64,000 nucleotides of DNA from contig CAVYGN010000001.1 in the NCBI GenBank assembly GCA_963768055.1, positions 544,001-608,000 of the forward strand. Direction: 5' to 3'. The notes under the pieces were generated by a model. That model was not told the origin of the DNA, ran no database searches, and was given only the letters and a program-made list of their open reading frames with translations. The DNA is from an uncultured Spirochaetota bacterium. Lineage in GTDB: Bacteria; Spirochaetota; Brevinematia; Brevinematales; JAOACQ01. This document shows, in pieces, positions 1-8,620 of the stretch (positions are counted from its first letter, which is position 1; the number at the start of each line of letters is the position of its first letter). Made by a program: the position numbers and the translations under genes.

Positions 1-2
1 TT

Positions 3-2477
3 GATATTCTAGAGTTCAGATACCTGATTTTTCAATTCATGTCTTTTAACGCCGGTTCAATCAACCGGCCCTGGACGCAGGTTTACAGCTGCAACATGGC
101 GCTTCCTAAAAAATGGCTTGAAAAGACAGGCGGATTCGACGAGAATTTTAAGGGCTGGGGAGTCGAGGATATCGACTTCGGATATTCAATGTTCAGGCAA
201 AATGTTAAAATTATTATCAGTTCGAAGCTGGAGGTATTGCATCAATTTCATGGGGTCAGGAATGACCTTATTATAAGCAATGAAAACATCGGGAGATATA
301 ATGAGAATATCAAATATTTCCTGACAAAATATCCGGAAGCGCTCGGGATGTCCAAAGAAAAGGCATATAAATTTTTAAGAGGGGAGGAATCGGAAGACGC
401 GGCGCCTGAAATCCCGGGATTGAAGTATATCGGTATAGATTTCAGGGAAAAAAAGAGCCTGAAAAGCCTGAAAAAACTGATTTTGAATTCCATGAAAAAA
501 AAGAATGAGATTGTAGTCGTTAACGATTATGTCGAGGATACAGATCTGGATATCTGGCTTCAGCATTTAGAAGGAAATGTAAATTCTGCCGCCAGATATT
601 TTCCGATGTCCAAAAGGATCGATATAGAAACCGCAGTGGAATACTTGAAAAATGAAAAGGAAAGGCAGAGGAAAGCCGAGGTTTTAAAAACCGAGGATAC
701 CCTCCTGCAGAAAATGTACGGGAATGGATGGGAGAGGAGAGTGATCGGCAAGGCCGATCCGATACCAGGCCGTGAAAATTCCCGCTATTCCTGGGTAAAA
801 ACAAATGTATTTGGTAAGAAAATACTGGAAATAGGATGCTCGTCTGGTTACGGCACGAAATATTTAAAATACATTGGCGGGCTTGATTATTTGGGCATTG
901 ACTATGACAGGGCTGTTATAGGGTTAGCAGTGAAGGAATTCGGGGAAGAGGGTAAAATCCGCTTTGAAAACCATGATATTCATGAATACCTGTCATACAT
1001 GGAAGCGAACAAAATAAGATACGACACGATAATAGCCCTGGAGATATTGGAACATATTGCTGACGGGTTGGAATTAGCCCAAAAATTAAAGAAATTCTGC
1101 GGCAGGCTGCTGATAAGTATGCCTTACAAAGAAAAGGAGGGATACTGGGGCTGTTACCATCTTATTCATGGCATTGAAGAAACCGATCTGAAGGGCTTTC
1201 ATATTGTTTTTCTGCATGACGACGGAACTCTTTCCGACAGGCCAAGCGGTTCTGAAAGTGATTTAATGCTGGCATCCTGGAAAAAGCAGGATAATAATAT
1301 CAAAATCAAGATTTACGCCGGGCTGGTTTGCCCGAGACGGTCGATCGATTACAAAAAATTGGAAATATACTTCCGTATGAACGGCTGTTATGTTACAGAG
1401 AAACCGGAAGATGCCACTCATATTATCCTTGTTACATGCGGTTTTATAGACAGAAATATCCGGGAATCTTTTGAACTGATCAATATATTGAGAAAATATC
1501 CCGGCAAATTAATTGTAGCCGGCTGCCTCTATGATATTATCAGGGAAAAAGTTACGGATCAATTTGACGGCAGCATACTGACTACCAAACATATGGAGAA
1601 GATAGATGAATTATTCCCTGATTTTGTTTATAAGTGGAAAGATATTCCCGACGCGAACTCTATGCATAATTATGAAGAGATTAACAAGCTGATCGGCAAT
1701 AAGAAAGAAATGACAGAAGAGTTTTTTTACGACAGGAACAAATTCGAGGATTGGGAACATAATTTCCTTATCCGGATAGGGGAAGGCTGTAATTTCAACT
1801 GCACATATTGTTCCCATATAAAGGCTATAGGAAGGCTGCATAGTAAAAGCATGGATGAATGTATCAGGGAATTTAAACTCGGCTACCGGCTCGAGTACAG
1901 GCTTTTCAGGATCACATCAATGGATATCGGGAGTTATGGAACTGATATTAACCTGACGTTTCCGTTTTTATTGAACCGGATGTTATCGGAGGCGGAAGAC
2001 ACCATATTCGTTCTGGAAGATATTAATCCTGTCTGGCTGTTAAAATATGAGAAAGAACTATTGCCGATAATAGAGAGGAAAAGAATTAAAATGATCCAGC
2101 TCCCCACACAGTCCGGAAGCTTGAGAATACTGGAGAAAATGCGGAGATGGCATGATGTTGACAAGCTTATAAAATTATTAAAATCAATAAAAAAAGCCGA
2201 TCCGGATATCCTGTTAGCAACCGAGATCATTATCGGGTTTCCGACAGAAACCAGCCATGATTTTGAAGAAACTTTGAAGTTTTTAAAGCTTGCGCAATTC
2301 AGTTTTTCTTATATTTATCCATATTACGAAAATGAGTATATCGAATCCTATAAAATAACCCCGAAATGTGATAAGAAAACAATTGAAGAAAGGCTGGAAA
2401 AGGCAAAATCATTCTGCGGGAAAAACCGGATAAGCTATTCGATAATGCTTAATAATAATGAAGGAGTTAACAAATGA
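3..2477 (+). CDS. 5'-truncated multidomain fusion: GT2/galactosyltransferase-like C-terminal region + class I SAM methyltransferase + MiaB/RimO-like (UPF0004 + radical SAM) module, no TRAM domain
   Basis: Frame is open from the window edge. Motifs: GGFDENFKGWGVEDIDFG (glycosyltransferase), ILEIGCSSGYG (SAM motif I), VCPRR/VTCGF/AGCL (three UPF0004-type Cys), GCNFNCTYC (CxxxCxxC), QSGSLRILEKMRR and IIIGFPTET (methylthiotransferase-like core). Confidence 0.8.
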   Translation, partial: DILEFRYLIFQFMSFNAGSINRPWTQVYSCNMALPKKWLEKTGGFDENFKGWGVEDIDFGYSMFRQNVKIIISSKLEVLHQFHGVRNDLIISNENIGRYNENIKYFLTKYPEALGMSKEKAYKFLRGEESEDAAPEIPGLKYIGIDFREKKSLKSLKKLILNSMKKKNEIVVVNDYVEDTDLDIWLQHLEGNVNSAARYFPMSKRIDIETAVEYLKNEKERQRKAEVLKTEDTLLQKMYGNGWERRVIGKADPIPGRENSRYSWVKTNVFGKKILEIGCSSGYGTKYLKYIGGLDYLGIDYDRAVIGLAVKEFGEEGKIRFENHDIHEYLSYMEANKIRYDTIIALEILEHIADGLELAQKLKKFCGRLLISMPYKEKEGYWGCYHLIHGIEETDLKGFHIVFLHDDGTLSDRPSGSESDLMLASWKKQDNNIKIKIYAGLVCPRRSIDYKKLEIYFRMNGCYVTEKPEDATHIILVTCGFIDRNIRESFELINILRKYPGKLIVAGCLYDIIREKVTDQFDGSILTTKHMEKIDELFPDFVYKWKDIPDANSMHNYEEINKLIGNKKEMTEEFFYDRNKFEDWEHNFLIRIGEGCNFNCTYCSHIKAIGRLHSKSMDECIREFKLGYRLEYRLFRITSMDIGSYGTDINLTFPFLLNRMLSEAEDTIFVLEDINPVWLLKYEKELLPIIERKRIKMIQLPTQSGSLRILEKMRRWHDVDKLIKLLKSIKKADPDILLATEIIIGFPTETSHDFEETLKFLKLAQFSFSYIYPYYENEYIESYKITPKCDKKTIEERLEKAKSFCGKNRISYSIMLNNNEGVNK

Positions 2478-3029
2478 GTTCGAGGAAAACGATCGGAGTA
2501 AGTATTAGTAAAAGTTACTTTATCGCCTATATTGAATCGGACGGCATTCATAAAATAACGAGGTACCCCGATAATAAAAATGGTATTAATAGTTTTTTGG
2601 ATGAACTGGATGACAATACGGTTATCGGGATAGAAAGACGCGGCCGGTCCGGCGCTTTTATTAAATCGATCAAGCATCTGATAAAAGAATATATATTGCT
2701 TTGTCATGAAGATTTTATTACTTTTATCAGCCTTACAGACAAAGAAATTAACGAATAGGAGAAGGAGAAATGAAGAATTATGTTTTAATTTTAATCGCGA
2801 TGTTTACAATTAATCCGCTTTTTACTAAGCCGGTTTATTCAGAAGACAAAGACATTAAACTTGAAGATCATCAATCAAGCCTTAATGTGGATTTGATAAC
2901 TGTTCTTCAAAATCGTAAATCGACACGGGGGTTTACCGATAGGGAAATATCATTGAAAGATCTGTCCACAATCCTATGGGCAGCAAATGGGATCAATCGT
3001 TATGATGGAAAAAGAACTGCTCCTTCACT
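2416..3029 (+). repeat. 614-bp direct repeat, copy 1 (copy 2 at 58716-59329)
   Basis: Base-by-base match at offset 56300; about 11 substitutions counted by eye, no indels seen. Confidence 0.95.
2474..2758 (+). CDS. Small protein resembling the N-terminal DEDD/RuvC-like domain of IS110-family transposases; first catalytic Asp replaced by Ser
   Basis: TIGVSISKSYF resembles IS110 IG(I/V)D(I/V)SK; YPDNKNGINSFL and VIGIERRG resemble F.N...G...L and V.MEATG. RBS AAGGAG. Only 94 aa. Confidence 0.45.
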   Translation: MSSRKTIGVSISKSYFIAYIESDGIHKITRYPDNKNGINSFLDELDDNTVIGIERRGRSGAFIKSIKHLIKEYILLCHEDFITFISLTDKEINE

Positions 3030-3471
3030 TATGGGCATATATTTTATCCAGATCTATGTAACATCTTCCAATGGAACCTATCACTATGATCCGCCAAGCT
3101 CAACACTGAAATTCTTTTCAGATAAGGACTTAAGAGGGATTCTTGGCCGTCATAGTGTCGGCGGTATGTATGACATTCCAAAAGCAAGCTATGTTCTGAT
3201 TTTGACGGCCAGACTTTATATGGCGCCTATATCGGAACCTTACGGTATTGATAAAGTCAGCAGGATAAATTATGCACACTCTACAGCCGGCTGCATAGCG
3301 GAAAATGTATATATTACTGCTGCTGCCCTTGGAATCGGAACACGAATTGCCGCAAATATCAATTTCAAAGAAATTATTGAAGAATTGAGGCTTGGCGAGG
3401 ATGAAATCCCGCTCTACATAATGCCTCTTGGTTATCCGAATGCATCCGGGTCAGATCATCTATTTAAATAA
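2770..3471 (+). CDS. Nitroreductase-family (SagB/ThcOx-like) oxidoreductase with N-terminal signal/hydrophobic segment
   Basis: LQNRKSTRGF, LSTILWAANG, RTAPS, AGCIAENVYITAAALGIGT, IMPLGYP; RBS AAGGAG. Confidence 0.85.
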   Translation: MKNYVLILIAMFTINPLFTKPVYSEDKDIKLEDHQSSLNVDLITVLQNRKSTRGFTDREISLKDLSTILWAANGINRYDGKRTAPSLMGIYFIQIYVTSSNGTYHYDPPSSTLKFFSDKDLRGILGRHSVGGMYDIPKASYVLILTARLYMAPISEPYGIDKVSRINYAHSTAGCIAENVYITAAALGIGTRIAANINFKEIIEELRLGEDEIPLYIMPLGYPNASGSDHLFK

Positions 3472-3562
3472 TACCAGTGAAGAAATAAATGCAGATCAGT
3501 CGGTGACGGATAGCCGGGAATGCAATATTCCGTCTTATGAACAAAGGATGTATTATCCCCGT

Positions 3563-4345
3563 CTACGGCTTCCTGAATGTAATACTATAATATTTTCCAC
3601 CCCAGAGCGATCCGTCCCATTCTAAATCCTTCATTTTTTCAGGTATTAAATTCACCGGTATAGTTACCGCTTTCTTTCTGGTCTTGTAGTTCTTTTCCGC
3701 TAACGGATATTTATCATATAATTCTCTAACGAGTTTCTCCGTTTCATCTGCAATGAGTATTTTAGTACCGGGTTTAGCCACACGGATCATTTCTCTTACG
3801 GCCTTTTCCTTATCATTAAAAAAATTGATGCCCCCATTGTGTAAAACCACATCAAAACATTCATCATAAAAAGGAAGATTTTCAGCGCTGCCGTTAAAGA
3901 GGGATAGATTGTAACCCCATTTTTTATTATTTTTCCGACATCTTTTAAGCATGGATAGGGTGATGTCAAGGCCATAATACTCTGCATTCTTTGGGAGGTA
4001 TTTTAAATCCATCCCCGTTCCGATAGAAACAATCAACACCTTATTTCCCTCTTTTATCTCAAGCTTATCCATCAGATCCCTGCGCATTTTTAAAAGCGAG
4101 TCTTTGATGAAAATCGGCGCTATAATGAGTTCCATAAAATCATATGCAAATGCGATCCAGTGATACATTTTCTCATAGATCCTGTTATCTCCGGTCAAAT
4201 CATCCTTATTTGTAAAAATAGGTATTTTTTTAATAATCGGATATCTCTTGCCGGACTCTAAATTAATAAAATACTTATCCCGGAATAGCTCTAAAGGTTC
4301 TTGTGTAAAAGGATCACAAATCAATTTATTAATATCAGGCTTCAT
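3563..4345 (-). CDS. Class I SAM-dependent methyltransferase (UbiE-like) with Trm112-like N-terminus
   Basis: LICDPFTQEPL...YPIIKKIPIF; VSIGTGMDL; GLDIT; AENLPF; EMIRVAKPG. Confidence 0.85.
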   Translation of the reverse strand: MKPDINKLICDPFTQEPLELFRDKYFINLESGKRYPIIKKIPIFTNKDDLTGDNRIYEKMYHWIAFAYDFMELIIAPIFIKDSLLKMRRDLMDKLEIKEGNKVLIVSIGTGMDLKYLPKNAEYYGLDITLSMLKRCRKNNKKWGYNLSLFNGSAENLPFYDECFDVVLHNGGINFFNDKEKAVREMIRVAKPGTKILIADETEKLVRELYDKYPLAEKNYKTRKKAVTIPVNLIPEKMKDLEWDGSLWGGKYYSITFRKP

Positions 4346-4356
4346 AACACCTCCTG

Positions 4357-4896
4357 TTATTTTTTTTTCAAGTAAGACAGCGCCAGCTCACACCAATCCA
4401 GATATGCCTCATAAACTTTCTGGCCGAAACGGATTGTCAATAATACATAGTCGTGGTTTCCATCCCGGTCAGGAATACCGCTGATCTCTTCATTGAAAAG
4501 GTTTAACATTGTTAAATCCTGTTTATGCCTGGATTGGAATTCCCGGATATGCCGGATCAGAATTGCCCTGTCCGACAGATTTCCAAAATATGTTTTTAAT
4601 AGAATTTCATAACGGTTTATTTCAGTTTCAACCGGCTTCTTCAGCCAATCCCGAAGAGTTGTATTTCCATTTTCAGTTATTCTATATGAATATCTTTTTC
4701 TTTTCCCGCTGGCCGGAGCCATTTCCTTAACAATCAACCCTTCTTTTACAAGGCTTTCCAGTTCCGGGTAAATTTGTCCGAAGCTCTCGCTCCAGAAATA
4801 ATTAAACCGGATCCCGATACATTTTTTAATATCATATCCGGAAAGCGGTTTCTCAGTCAAGAGTCCGAGGATGACATATTTTGTTTTTCTTTCCAT
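4357..4896 (-). CDS. PadR-family transcriptional regulator
   Basis: YVILGLL..KPLSGYDI, FWSESFGQIYPEL, YRITENG; start chosen at the ATG preceded by GGAG. Confidence 0.9.
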   Translation of the reverse strand: MERKTKYVILGLLTEKPLSGYDIKKCIGIRFNYFWSESFGQIYPELESLVKEGLIVKEMAPASGKRKRYSYRITENGNTTLRDWLKKPVETEINRYEILLKTYFGNLSDRAILIRHIREFQSRHKQDLTMLNLFNEEISGIPDRDGNHDYVLLTIRFGQKVYEAYLDWCELALSYLKKK

Positions 4897-4906
4897 AAAT
4901 TTCTCC

Positions 4907-4925
4907 ATATATCTATTAGATATAT
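4907..4925. promoter_or_regulatory. Perfect palindrome ATATATCTA-T-TAGATATAT, likely PadR operator
   Basis: 9-1-9 inverted repeat just upstream of padR; TTGACA on the minus strand at 4947-4952. Confidence 0.65.
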
Positions 4926-5067
4926 TTTAATAAAAAAAATTTTTTTTGTCAAGAGGTAAAGGAAAAATTTATTTCTATTTTGATAAAAGTGCCGATCAGG
5001 GATAAATGGATTATCCGCATTTTTATCCTGCATCCGATATTTTCGGATTAAAACCGGGAAGAGGGGC

Positions 5068-5985
5068 TTACTTTTTTATGCCGCCGGAAAGGCCCTCGAT
5101 GAAATATCTCTGGAAGACCAGGAAAATAAAGATAGGTATGAGGGAGAACATGAAACCGGTCGCCATTATAAGCTCGGGAACCCTTCCTACGCTGTTGGAA
5201 TTCAAAGCGGCTATCGCTATCGGTATCGTATAAAGATTGGAGCTGTCCAGCATGATGATCGGAATGAGGAAATCGTTCCAGACGCTTCTGAAAGTGAAAA
5301 TAGAAAGGGCCGCCAGAGCGGGTGTGGAAAGGGGAAGTATTATATTCCACCAGATCTTTAAATGGCTTGCCCCGTCGATCTTGGCCGATTCGATAAAGGA
5401 ATACGGCAGTTTTATATAGAACTGCCTCATGAGGAACACTCCTATGGCCGAAACAGACCCCGGCAGAATCAGTCCCAGAAGGTTATTCCTGAGGCGAAGT
5501 GCGATCATCAATTTGTAATAGGGCGAAAGCATTGTGATGGTAGGGAGCATGAAGCTCAGCAATATGAAATAAAAAAATAAATTTTTCAGGGGAAAGCGCA
5601 GGAAAGCGAATGCATAGGCGCAAAGAGAACAGAGCAGGAGGGTGAGCACGGTCGTGCCGGCCGTCACTATGATCGAATTGATGAAAGCGCCTCCAAGGTT
5701 TATTCCATGGGGGGCCAATAAAGCGTTGATGAAATTAGTAAGAGAATAACTGCCGAAATGAGGCCAGCCGTTGCTGAAATCCAGGAATTTCGGGGGTATG
5801 TTGAACATCTCGATTTTCGGACGGAATGACGCGTCGGCGAGCCAGATAAGGGGATAGAGAAATATAAGAGAAAAGGCGGAAAATGCGATCAATCCCAGGG
5901 TCTGGAAGAAGCTGAACCTTATCCGCTTTTTTTTCGAGTTCCTTATAACCCTTTCAAGGGAGTATTCGTAACTTACATCGGCCAT
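5068..5985 (-). CDS. Carbohydrate ABC transporter permease (MalG-like)
   Basis: EAA loop ESAKIDGAS, WNDFL, FQRYFIEG; multiple transmembrane segments. Confidence 0.92.
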   Translation of the reverse strand: MADVSYEYSLERVIRNSKKKRIRFSFFQTLGLIAFSAFSLIFLYPLIWLADASFRPKIEMFNIPPKFLDFSNGWPHFGSYSLTNFINALLAPHGINLGGAFINSIIVTAGTTVLTLLLCSLCAYAFAFLRFPLKNLFFYFILLSFMLPTITMLSPYYKLMIALRLRNNLLGLILPGSVSAIGVFLMRQFYIKLPYSFIESAKIDGASHLKIWWNIILPLSTPALAALSIFTFRSVWNDFLIPIIMLDSSNLYTIPIAIAALNSNSVGRVPELIMATGFMFSLIPIFIFLVFQRYFIEGLSGGIKK

Positions 5986-5988
5986 AAA

Positions 5989-6984
5989 TTAATCCTCCTC
6001 ACGGCTGGAACCGAGTCCGAGCACTCTTACCTGTATTATGTTTATAACCACTATAATTGCGAAAACGAACCAGCCGGCCGCAGAGGCGAACCCGACCCTG
6101 GCAGGGGAAGCGTCGAAAGCGTAAAAATAAATATACGGCATGAAGGATTTTGCGGCGTTTCCGGCTCCGAAAATTCCAAGGCCGGTCAGAGGGAAAATAA
6201 CGTAAATTATGTCGAATATCAGGAGGCCTCCGACAAGCGAAGTTATCATGACGAAAGCTATGGCGGGTCTCATCAGGGGCAGTGTGATCCTCGAAGCAAT
6301 CTGCACGGGCGAGGCTCCGTCGATCCTTGCCGCTTCGTAAAGGTTGGGGTCGATCGTCTGCAGCTGCGAGAGAAAATAGACCATATGATAACCTGTCCAT
6401 TGCCAGAAAGACACTATGATCAGCAGGGGAACGCAGAGTTCCTTGTTGTGAAGCCAGTCTACCGGTATCAACAGGTGGGTATCGGGGTTGACTTTCAATA
6501 ATCCGAGAAGACCTAGAAAATAGTTTATAGTTCCCTGGTCGGGATTAAAGATCTGGCTGAAAAGCCATGCCGCTATAACCGAACTTATCACGCAGGGTAC
6601 AAAAAAAGCCGTCCTCAATACCGCCTGCAATTTTTTATAAGGCAGGCTATTGAGGATAAAAGCCATAATGAAAGCTGCAGGGACCTGGGTAACGAGACAT
6701 CCCGCTTCGTATTCGACGGTTATCACGACCGACTTCCAGAATTCTCCTCCGGCGATCAATTCCGACCAGATTTGCCTGTAATTTTCCAGACCGATAAAAA
6801 CCGGGGGATTGACACCCGAAGCGTCGGTTAAAGAAAGGTAAAATCCCGAAATAAAGACATATAACTGAAACAAAAGTACCCCGATCAAAAATGGGGCAAT
6901 GAACAGATAACCGTCGATCCCTTCCCTGAAGCCCTTTCTGGCAAAGATATTCCCCCTTTTTAAAACGGACGCCAAATTCGCCAT
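5989..6984 (-). CDS. Carbohydrate ABC transporter permease (MalF-like)
   Basis: YLFIAPF, FIGLENY, LYEAARIDGAS, ITLPLMRP. Confidence 0.92.
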   Translation of the reverse strand: MANLASVLKRGNIFARKGFREGIDGYLFIAPFLIGVLLFQLYVFISGFYLSLTDASGVNPPVFIGLENYRQIWSELIAGGEFWKSVVITVEYEAGCLVTQVPAAFIMAFILNSLPYKKLQAVLRTAFFVPCVISSVIAAWLFSQIFNPDQGTINYFLGLLGLLKVNPDTHLLIPVDWLHNKELCVPLLIIVSFWQWTGYHMVYFLSQLQTIDPNLYEAARIDGASPVQIASRITLPLMRPAIAFVMITSLVGGLLIFDIIYVIFPLTGLGIFGAGNAAKSFMPYIYFYAFDASPARVGFASAAGWFVFAIIVVINIIQVRVLGLGSSREED

Positions 6985-7095
6985 CGGATACTCCTAAACT
7001 TTAATAAACCTGTTATGTTAACGTTAACGCAGCATGGATATGTTATCACAAAAAATAAATATGGTAAAATATTTTTTGAAATTATTTTTTACAAA

Positions 7096-8583
7096 TCAGC
7101 CTTTCAATTCCCAGCTTGCGGCGAGAAAGGAAAGGGGAGGCATTTCAAAAAAGGCTTTCCCGTTTGCAAAACGGGCTTCGCTAAAAATAACCGGCTTGAT
7201 CATGCCGGGATTTTCAAAGGTATTGGAGTCCTTAGGGTCGTTCCCTGTTAAAAGTTCGGCGTTTTTAAGGCTGCTTATTCCGGCCCCCGATATTTCCATC
7301 TTGACGGTCATTTTTTCGGCCATGCTGCGGTTTATGACGAAGCTGTGCAGGATGCCCCCGGAAAGCACGGCGCTTGCATCCGCGTATGAAGCTTCTATAT
7401 TACTCTTTGTTTGATATGATTGACTTTTTATAATCGGGATAAGGGATAAACCCTCCCGCCTTTTTGAGAACATTTCGAAAACATAATAGGTCGATTGCAG
7501 GAGTATTTCTTTCCCGCGCGTCATAACGGGCGCTATAACATTAACGGCCTGGGACAAATTGGCGATCCTCACGCAATCGGCATGACGTATGAAGCTGTTT
7601 AAAAAGCCGGCGGCCGCCAGGGCGTCTTCAAGGTTGTAAATTTCCTCGAGAAGATGCGGGGCTCTTTCACCCTTTCCGTCGGATATCATATTTTTATACC
7701 AGACATTCCATTCGTCGAAACTAAGATAAATTCTCTTTTTACTCCTCCTCCTGGCCTGGACAAAACGGCAAGTGGCGTCGGTTTCCTCTATCTGCCTGTC
7801 GATCGAACCGGCCGCGGCTAGATATTCCATAGTATCGTTTTCTTTATTCCCCACGTATCGGTGAATGCTGATATAATCTATTTTATCCCCGAGATATTCG
7901 AGAACTTTGCAGTCCCAATCCAGGTAAGTGGGGAGATCGAAAGCGCTGGTCCCGCAGGCCGTCAATTCGATGGAGGGGTCGAGATCCTTCATCATCCCGG
8001 CGGCCTGGCCGGCGAGAACGGCATATTGTTCAGCCGGCGTGTGGCCGATCTGCCAGTGTCCGTCCATTTCATTTCCCAGGCACCATAATTTCACGTTGTG
8101 CGGCTCTGAAAAACCGTTTTCCGTTCTCATGTCGGAAAAGTGCGTACCCCCCGGACTGTTACAGTATTCCAGCCAGTTCCGGGCTTCCTCGGGAGTTCCA
8201 GTCCCCAGATTGACTGTCAGCATGGGGGACCAGTTCATCTTTCTGCATAGCTTAATATATTCGTCGGTGCCGAACTTGTTGGTCTCGACGCTCCTCCATG
8301 CCAGGTCGATCATGGCCCGTCTTTTATCGGCAGGACCCACCCCGTCCAGCCAGTGATAGCCCGATGCGAAGTTGCCGCCCGGGTAGCGCATTACGGTCAT
8401 ATCGAGCTTCTTTAATGCTGCAAGCACGTCTTTGCGGCAGCCTTCGCTGTCCGCAAGAGGGCTTGAGGGGTCGTAAACGCCTTCGTATACGGCCCTTCCC
8501 ATGTGTTCCAGGAATCCGCCGAAAATCCTCGGATCGACCCTGCCTTTTTGAAAATCTGGATGCAGAAAGATATCAGTATTCAT
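7096..8583 (-). CDS. abfA: Alpha-L-arabinofuranosidase, GH51
   Basis: FGGFLEHMGRAVYEG, RYPGGNF, WCLGNEMDG, SFDEWNVW. Confidence 0.92.
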   Translation of the reverse strand: MNTDIFLHPDFQKGRVDPRIFGGFLEHMGRAVYEGVYDPSSPLADSEGCRKDVLAALKKLDMTVMRYPGGNFASGYHWLDGVGPADKRRAMIDLAWRSVETNKFGTDEYIKLCRKMNWSPMLTVNLGTGTPEEARNWLEYCNSPGGTHFSDMRTENGFSEPHNVKLWCLGNEMDGHWQIGHTPAEQYAVLAGQAAGMMKDLDPSIELTACGTSAFDLPTYLDWDCKVLEYLGDKIDYISIHRYVGNKENDTMEYLAAAGSIDRQIEETDATCRFVQARRRSKKRIYLSFDEWNVWYKNMISDGKGERAPHLLEEIYNLEDALAAAGFLNSFIRHADCVRIANLSQAVNVIAPVMTRGKEILLQSTYYVFEMFSKRREGLSLIPIIKSQSYQTKSNIEASYADASAVLSGGILHSFVINRSMAEKMTVKMEISGAGISSLKNAELLTGNDPKDSNTFENPGMIKPVIFSEARFANGKAFFEMPPLSFLAASWELKG

Positions 8584-8620
8584 ATAATCCTCCGCCGGAA
8601 CCGGGAGATACTGCGGCCGG

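Noticed and set aside
1300..2477. miaB/rimO gene symbol
   Set aside because: No TRAM domain and fused to unrelated domains; orthology is unsupported.
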